DNA from: Smithellaceae bacterium
Lineage (GTDB): Bacteria > Desulfobacterota > Syntrophia > Syntrophales > Smithellaceae
Direction: 5' to 3'
Assembly: GCA_963667845.2 (NCBI GenBank)
Contig: CAXXVL010000002.1
Span: 3,360,001 to 3,424,000, forward strand
Length of the DNA: 64,000 nt
Within the stretch, counting starts at the first letter, position 1; every line of letters starts with the position of its first letter. Both the position numbers and the translations under genes were made by a program. Of the stretch, positions 59,518-64,000 are shown in pieces. The notes below the pieces were generated by a model. It was not told the origin of the DNA. It worked only from the letters and a program-made list of their open reading frames with translations, and did no database searches.

Positions 59518-61647
59518 TTATCGCCGCAACCGAATATCGGGCAATTTAAGATCAAACTCCTGCCAGGTTTCCCTTCTGCCGTCTTGATAATAGATGAACG
59601 GATGAAGGTTAATCCCTACCGTCTTCACCTTAGACGGAACATTCTTGAAAATCAACTCCATGGTGACGGAGCTCTGCGGCGGGATTTCGACCCCGCGGCC
59701 CCGGCTGTCTATTTCCATCATCAATTTTTTTTGAGCCCCCTGCCAGACATAAGCGTGAGCCGGATCACAGGAATTGGCCGATTCCGCACGAACCTTGGAA
59801 CGGGGCCAGGACTTGGGAAAGCTCTCATCGTAGAAGGCAACCTTGCGGATCGCCGGATCGGTATTGATGACTTCGACGAGTATCCGAAGACCATCCTGCG
59901 TAACACCGGCGCTGCGCAGTTCAAACAGGCACCCGAGAGCGTCTTTTACCGCCAACGGCCGGTAGGTTCGCTTGAAGGCCGGAACGGGTTTGGGTTTAGC
60001 CGTCGGCTGCGGAATCGGGGCTGTTGCTCTGGGCTCGGGCGCCGTCGGGACCACCGCGGGGACGACCACCGGCTCATCGTAGGTCTTTGCCAGGGGCCGG
60101 TCATCCGTCTTGACCGCTTCGTCGGCGACAGGCTGCTCCTCCAGAACGGTCCGCACGCGAAACGCCATTTTAACCCGGACACTGTCCCCTTCGTTAACAA
60201 AAGATATGAGGCGGATCGCTGTAATTCTGGCTTCCGTTATGGACTGCCGGGCCATCTCCGATGATACCTGAAAATTCGTTACTTCGGTCGCCGAGCTTGA
60301 ATGCTGGGTCTTGGCATCGTTCTTTACTTCGACGAGCTTATCGAGAATGACTTCCGCTGATGCTTCAGCCGGCGTCTGAGAACCCTTCGTGGCGGCCAGT
60401 GCTGTTTTGATAATGATGGATTCATGAATGCGTTTTTTCTCATGGAGAGCGGCCTGCGCCTGCTGGAACCATCTTTCGGCCTGATCTTTCTTCTCCCGGA
60501 CCGCCGTGACATCGAGGCTGAGTTTGTAATAACTTTCTTCCCGCCGTTTCTGCTGGACTTTCTGCGTTTCTCTTTCCGTTTTCGCCTGGCTGATTTTGCT
60601 TTGCAGATTCAGAATGCGATCCTGGAACGTCTTCACCTGCTCGTTCAAACTCTCTTCCGCAGCAGCGTTGCCCTGGACCGTATTGGCAATGATTTTGTTC
60701 GCGCGGTCCAGGTCATAATTGCCCGCCGCATATTGATTGCCCGTCAGAAACGCCTCCAGGTCTTTACGGGATTGAATCACGGCGGCCCGATACCCGGTCC
60801 CGGTCCCTGTTTTTACCTTGCCGGCTTTGTTTTCCTGAAAAGGATACAACTCATACCGCTTCAGTCTCAAATAGGATGTGCCCTTGACATTTTTATCCAG
60901 TTCAATCCGGATGGGCTCTTCATTATTCCATTTGGCGGTCCCTTCTTCCGTGGCACGAATAAAGTCGATCGTTGCCACGTTATTGATTGCCCGGGTAAAG
61001 GACTGAATGTACGTCCCCATGTGAGCGGCAATGAGGGGCGCCGAGGCGACATCCGCTTTTGCCTCCAGAGCATGAGCGCTGTCGCGGAAGCCGCGCGTGT
61101 AAATCACGGCAACCAGGATTTCTCCCTGTTTCTCCGTCTGCAGCCAGCGCTTGAGGGAATCCTGCTGCGCTTTGATGTCCTGTTCGTAACGGGCAATCTG
61201 GCCGTCCAGGTTTTCAATGGTCGAACGAATGGTTTTGATGCCTTTGGCGGATTCATCCAGATCCGTAGACACCATCTGAAACTGCGACGTGGCATCGTCA
61301 CGCCTTTTCTTGGAGCGGACAAATTCCCTGTTGGCGCCGATGATGGCGTTTTTGTAATCGGAATCTTCCCTTTCCTTTTCATCTTCGACGGATTTGAGGT
61401 TGGTCCTCTCTTCCTGCTTCGTGGAAAACGACTCGCGGCTGTCCACTTCCGAGCGGATAATTTCTCTCACCGTGTCGCGGGAATCCGTGGAAAGTGTAAC
61501 CCATCTTAAAGCTGATTGCTGCTGCGCTTGCTTGGGTGACGGTGACGGTGGCGGCTGCGTCTGGCTTTTTGCCGCCCCGGAGGCGGCGCCGGCAAACGCA
61601 AACAGAAATACTAAAATAAATGGCAAGTGGATTTTGTATTTCGGCAT
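59518..61647 (-). CDS. Large exported coiled-coil hypothetical protein with FlgT-N/LPP20-like segments and a C-terminal beta-sandwich
   Basis: 709-aa ORF with a signal peptide, two long heptad-rich regions and a Pro-rich linker. Confidence 0.75.
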   Translation of the reverse strand: MPKYKIHLPFILVFLFAFAGAASGAAKSQTQPPPSPSPKQAQQQSALRWVTLSTDSRDTVREIIRSEVDSRESFSTKQEERTNLKSVEDEKEREDSDYKNAIIGANREFVRSKKRRDDATSQFQMVSTDLDESAKGIKTIRSTIENLDGQIARYEQDIKAQQDSLKRWLQTEKQGEILVAVIYTRGFRDSAHALEAKADVASAPLIAAHMGTYIQSFTRAINNVATIDFIRATEEGTAKWNNEEPIRIELDKNVKGTSYLRLKRYELYPFQENKAGKVKTGTGTGYRAAVIQSRKDLEAFLTGNQYAAGNYDLDRANKIIANTVQGNAAAEESLNEQVKTFQDRILNLQSKISQAKTERETQKVQQKRREESYYKLSLDVTAVREKKDQAERWFQQAQAALHEKKRIHESIIIKTALAATKGSQTPAEASAEVILDKLVEVKNDAKTQHSSSATEVTNFQVSSEMARQSITEARITAIRLISFVNEGDSVRVKMAFRVRTVLEEQPVADEAVKTDDRPLAKTYDEPVVVPAVVPTAPEPRATAPIPQPTAKPKPVPAFKRTYRPLAVKDALGCLFELRSAGVTQDGLRILVEVINTDPAIRKVAFYDESFPKSWPRSKVRAESANSCDPAHAYVWQGAQKKLMMEIDSRGRGVEIPPQSSVTMELIFKNVPSKVKTVGINLHPFIYYQDGRRETWQEFDLKLPDIRLRR

Positions 61648-61914
61648 AAGAAGATCCTGTATTTATTTCTGATGTCAGATCTGAACCGAATTTAAACTAG
61701 CTTAAAAACCCCATAGATGTCAAATTGTTTTGTTTCAGCGGTGGCTGGGGACGGTTGATCCCGAGCCACCGTGTGGATTAATTATCAGTTAAGCCGTTGA
61801 TTCCTGCGATAAATGAATTATTTTATAAAAAAGTGTTCTTTAAAGACGGTGCCCTGCCGGCTTCAGTCAACTTGAGCGGCCGGCCGTGGCCCGAAAAAAG
61901 TTGAAAAAGAAATC

Positions 61915-62013
61915 AACCACCTCGCAGCAAGCTGTCGGGAGCCATGAAATGAACGTCATTATTTCGCAGCAGGCTACGCAGAATTAACGCTCGTCCCGCC
62001 AAAGCGGGATTAA
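61915..62013. repeat. REP/PATE-like palindromic cluster
   Basis: Two degenerate copies of TCGCAGCARGCT (61922, 61964) and a perfect hairpin TCCCGC-CAAA-GCGGGA (61994-62009). Confidence 0.55.
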
Positions 62014-62037
62014 AGGGTGAGAAAGAAGAACTGGAAA

Positions 62038-63180
62038 ATGATATTCGGACGTTCCGTCAGTCTTTTCAAAATACTGGGCTTTGAAGTAAAGGTCGATCTA
62101 AGCTGGCTTATCCTTGCCGCCCTTATCACCTGGTCACTGGCCAGCGGTTTATTTCCCGAATTTTACAAAAACCTCCCGCAGGCTTCCTACTGGTGGATGG
62201 GTGCAGCCGGAACCGTGGGATTGTTTGCATCCATCGTTTTTCATGAACTGGCGCATTCTCTTATCGCCAGGCATCACGGCATCACCATGAAGGGCATTAC
62301 GCTGTTTATTTTCGGCGGCGTGGCCGAAATGGAAAACGACCCGCCGTCTCCCACGGCTGAGTTCCGAATGGCTATTGTCGGGCCATTATCCAGCGCACTG
62401 GCCGGGGCGATTTTCTTTTTAGCCTTCATGGGGGCACGTCATTGGGGCTGGCCCGTGGAAGTATACGGCGTCGGGGCTTATCTGGCCTGGCTGAATCTCG
62501 TGCTCGCCGTCTTCAATCTGGTGCCGGCATTTCCTCTCGACGGCGGCAGAATCCTGCGTTCCCTGCTGTGGCGCTGGAAAAAGGATTTACGCTGGGCGAC
62601 CTCTGTGTCCTCAAAAGTCGGTTCCGGTTTTGGAATCATCCTCATCGTCCTGGGTATTATTTCCCTGTTCATGGGTAATTTTGTGGGCGGGTTGTGGTGG
62701 CTCATGCTCGGCTTCTTTGTCCGAATCGCCGCGCAGAGCGCCTATCAACAGATGCTGGCCCGGACCGTTTTTCAGAATGTAAAAGTGAGCGACGTCATGG
62801 TGAAGGACCCGGTCATCGTTCCCCGGGCAACGACCCTGGAGCAATTTATTCACGATTACGTCTACCAGCACCACTATCAGATGTATCCCGTCGTTTCTTT
62901 CGGCCGGCTGAACGGCTGCATATCCGTCAACGCGGCGGCGCGGGTTCCCCGGGACGAGTGGTCCAATCAGACGGTCGGTTCGATCACGATGCCCTGCGAC
63001 CGGGAAACAACGATTCATCCTGATGAAAGCGCCGCACAGGCTCTGGCCGTCATGAACCGAACGCGGCACTCCCTTCTGCTGGTCGTGGAAGGAGATCAGC
63101 TGGTCGGTGTGATTACGCTGCAGGACATGCTGAGGCTGCTTTCTCTCAAGGTCGAGTTGAACGATTTTGAAAAGAAGTAA
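62038..63180 (+). CDS. Site-2 protease (M50) with tandem CBS domains
   Basis: HELAH, LFIFGGVA, GPLSS, FNLVPAFPLDGGR; VSDVM and LVGVITLQD CBS motifs. Confidence 0.93.
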   Translation: MIFGRSVSLFKILGFEVKVDLSWLILAALITWSLASGLFPEFYKNLPQASYWWMGAAGTVGLFASIVFHELAHSLIARHHGITMKGITLFIFGGVAEMENDPPSPTAEFRMAIVGPLSSALAGAIFFLAFMGARHWGWPVEVYGVGAYLAWLNLVLAVFNLVPAFPLDGGRILRSLLWRWKKDLRWATSVSSKVGSGFGIILIVLGIISLFMGNFVGGLWWLMLGFFVRIAAQSAYQQMLARTVFQNVKVSDVMVKDPVIVPRATTLEQFIHDYVYQHHYQMYPVVSFGRLNGCISVNAAARVPRDEWSNQTVGSITMPCDRETTIHPDESAAQALAVMNRTRHSLLLVVEGDQLVGVITLQDMLRLLSLKVELNDFEKK

Positions 63181-63317
63181 GAGATCATTTGGCCTAAGCT
63201 TTCGAGATAAAGGCATCCCGCCCGCAGCAACCTCCATTCCTCCTTTTTTCTTGGCAAAAATCATGGCATTATGCCATAGTGTTGACGATATCTAATCTGA
63301 TGTCCGGGAGTTTGCCG

Positions 63318-64000
63318 ATGAACAAATCCTACATTTTAGCGCTTGATCAGGGAACCACCAGTTCGCGGGCCGTAATCTACAACTCCGAAGGCGCCGCGGT
63401 AAAAATCGCCCAAAATGAATTTACGCAGATCTATCCCCAGGCCGGGTGGGTGGAACATGATCCCATGGAGATCTGGGGCTCCCAGCGGGGCGTCGCAAGT
63501 GAAGTGCTGGCCACCGCCGGCATTGCGCCGGAAGAAATTGCGGCGATCGGCATTACCAACCAGCGCGAAACCACTATTGTCTGGGACAAGGCCACGGGCA
63601 AACCCGTCTATAATGCGATTGTGTGGCAGTGCCGCCGAACGGCTGCGATCTGCGACGAGCTGAAGGCTGCGGGCCTGGAAGGCTATATCCGGGAGAATAC
63701 CGGTCTGGTGCTGGATGCCTATTTTTCGGGAACGAAGCTGAAATGGATTCTTGATCATGTCGAGGGCGCCAGGGCCAGAGCCCAAAAAGGTGAATTGCTT
63801 TTCGGAAACGTCGATACCTGGCTCATCTGGAATCTTACCCGGGGTAAAGTCCATGTGACGGATTACTCGAATGCCTCACGCACCATGCTGTATAACATCA
63901 AAGAACTTCATTGGGACGAATCGATTTTGGCCAAACTTGATATTCCGCTTTCCATGCTGCCGGAAGTCAAGCCGTCTTCCACTGTTTACGGGGTCACCGA
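63318..64000 (+). CDS. glpK: Glycerol kinase, 3'-truncated at the window edge
   Basis: Read by hand: [67 protein letters not shown]. Confidence 0.96.
   Translation, partial: MNKSYILALDQGTTSSRAVIYNSEGAAVKIAQNEFTQIYPQAGWVEHDPMEIWGSQRGVASEVLATAGIAPEEIAAIGITNQRETTIVWDKATGKPVYNAIVWQCRRTAAICDELKAAGLEGYIRENTGLVLDAYFSGTKLKWILDHVEGARARAQKGELLFGNVDTWLIWNLTRGKVHVTDYSNASRTMLYNIKELHWDESILAKLDIPLSMLPEVKPSSTVYGVT

Overview
A gene-dense, mostly housekeeping window from an anaerobic diderm bacterium. Gene content and order point to Desulfobacterota, probably Syntrophales (Smithella/Syntrophus-like); this assignment is an inference. From left to right it holds: a truncated SPOR-domain gene and argS; a minus-strand type IV minor-pilin operon (pilD, two fimT/fimU-like genes, pilV, pilW, pilX, a small ORF, pilY1); ribD and an FAD oxidoreductase; an orphan UpxY-like NusG paralog; a Vor-type 2-oxoacid:ferredoxin oxidoreductase operon; ArfB; a split ATP synthase Fo locus; ahbB-hemL; nucleotide-sugar genes (dehydrogenase, gmd, fcl); a 1436-aa fused CoA-enzyme activase; an OFA-family transporter; mobA; a TetR-RND efflux operon; a PagL-like barrel; a long minus-strand run (valS, nadC, abfD, birA, coaX, coaE, Cam-type gamma-carbonic anhydrase, J-domain protein); a TPR-SLH lipoprotein; miaA and mutL; an LPP20-like protein; ileS-lspA; redox and envelope hypotheticals; a site-2 protease; and the 5' part of glpK. 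I recognised no tRNA, rRNA, CRISPR array, transposase or integrase. The strongest leads are: (1) a GEMM-I riboswitch in the pilD leader carrying the A20 substitution associated with 3',3'-cGAMP sensing; (2) three exact 18-nt micro-insertions (TAACCTRAAGGTCANNNN) nested in a MITE, where removing the outer two restores the MITE's inverted repeat; (3) atpE detached and inverted relative to atpZIB; (4) a structured, terminator-containing ileS leader with no T-box; (5) a set of LPP20/FlgT-N-like and SLH envelope proteins. All calls were made by eye from motifs; no searches or folding programs were run.
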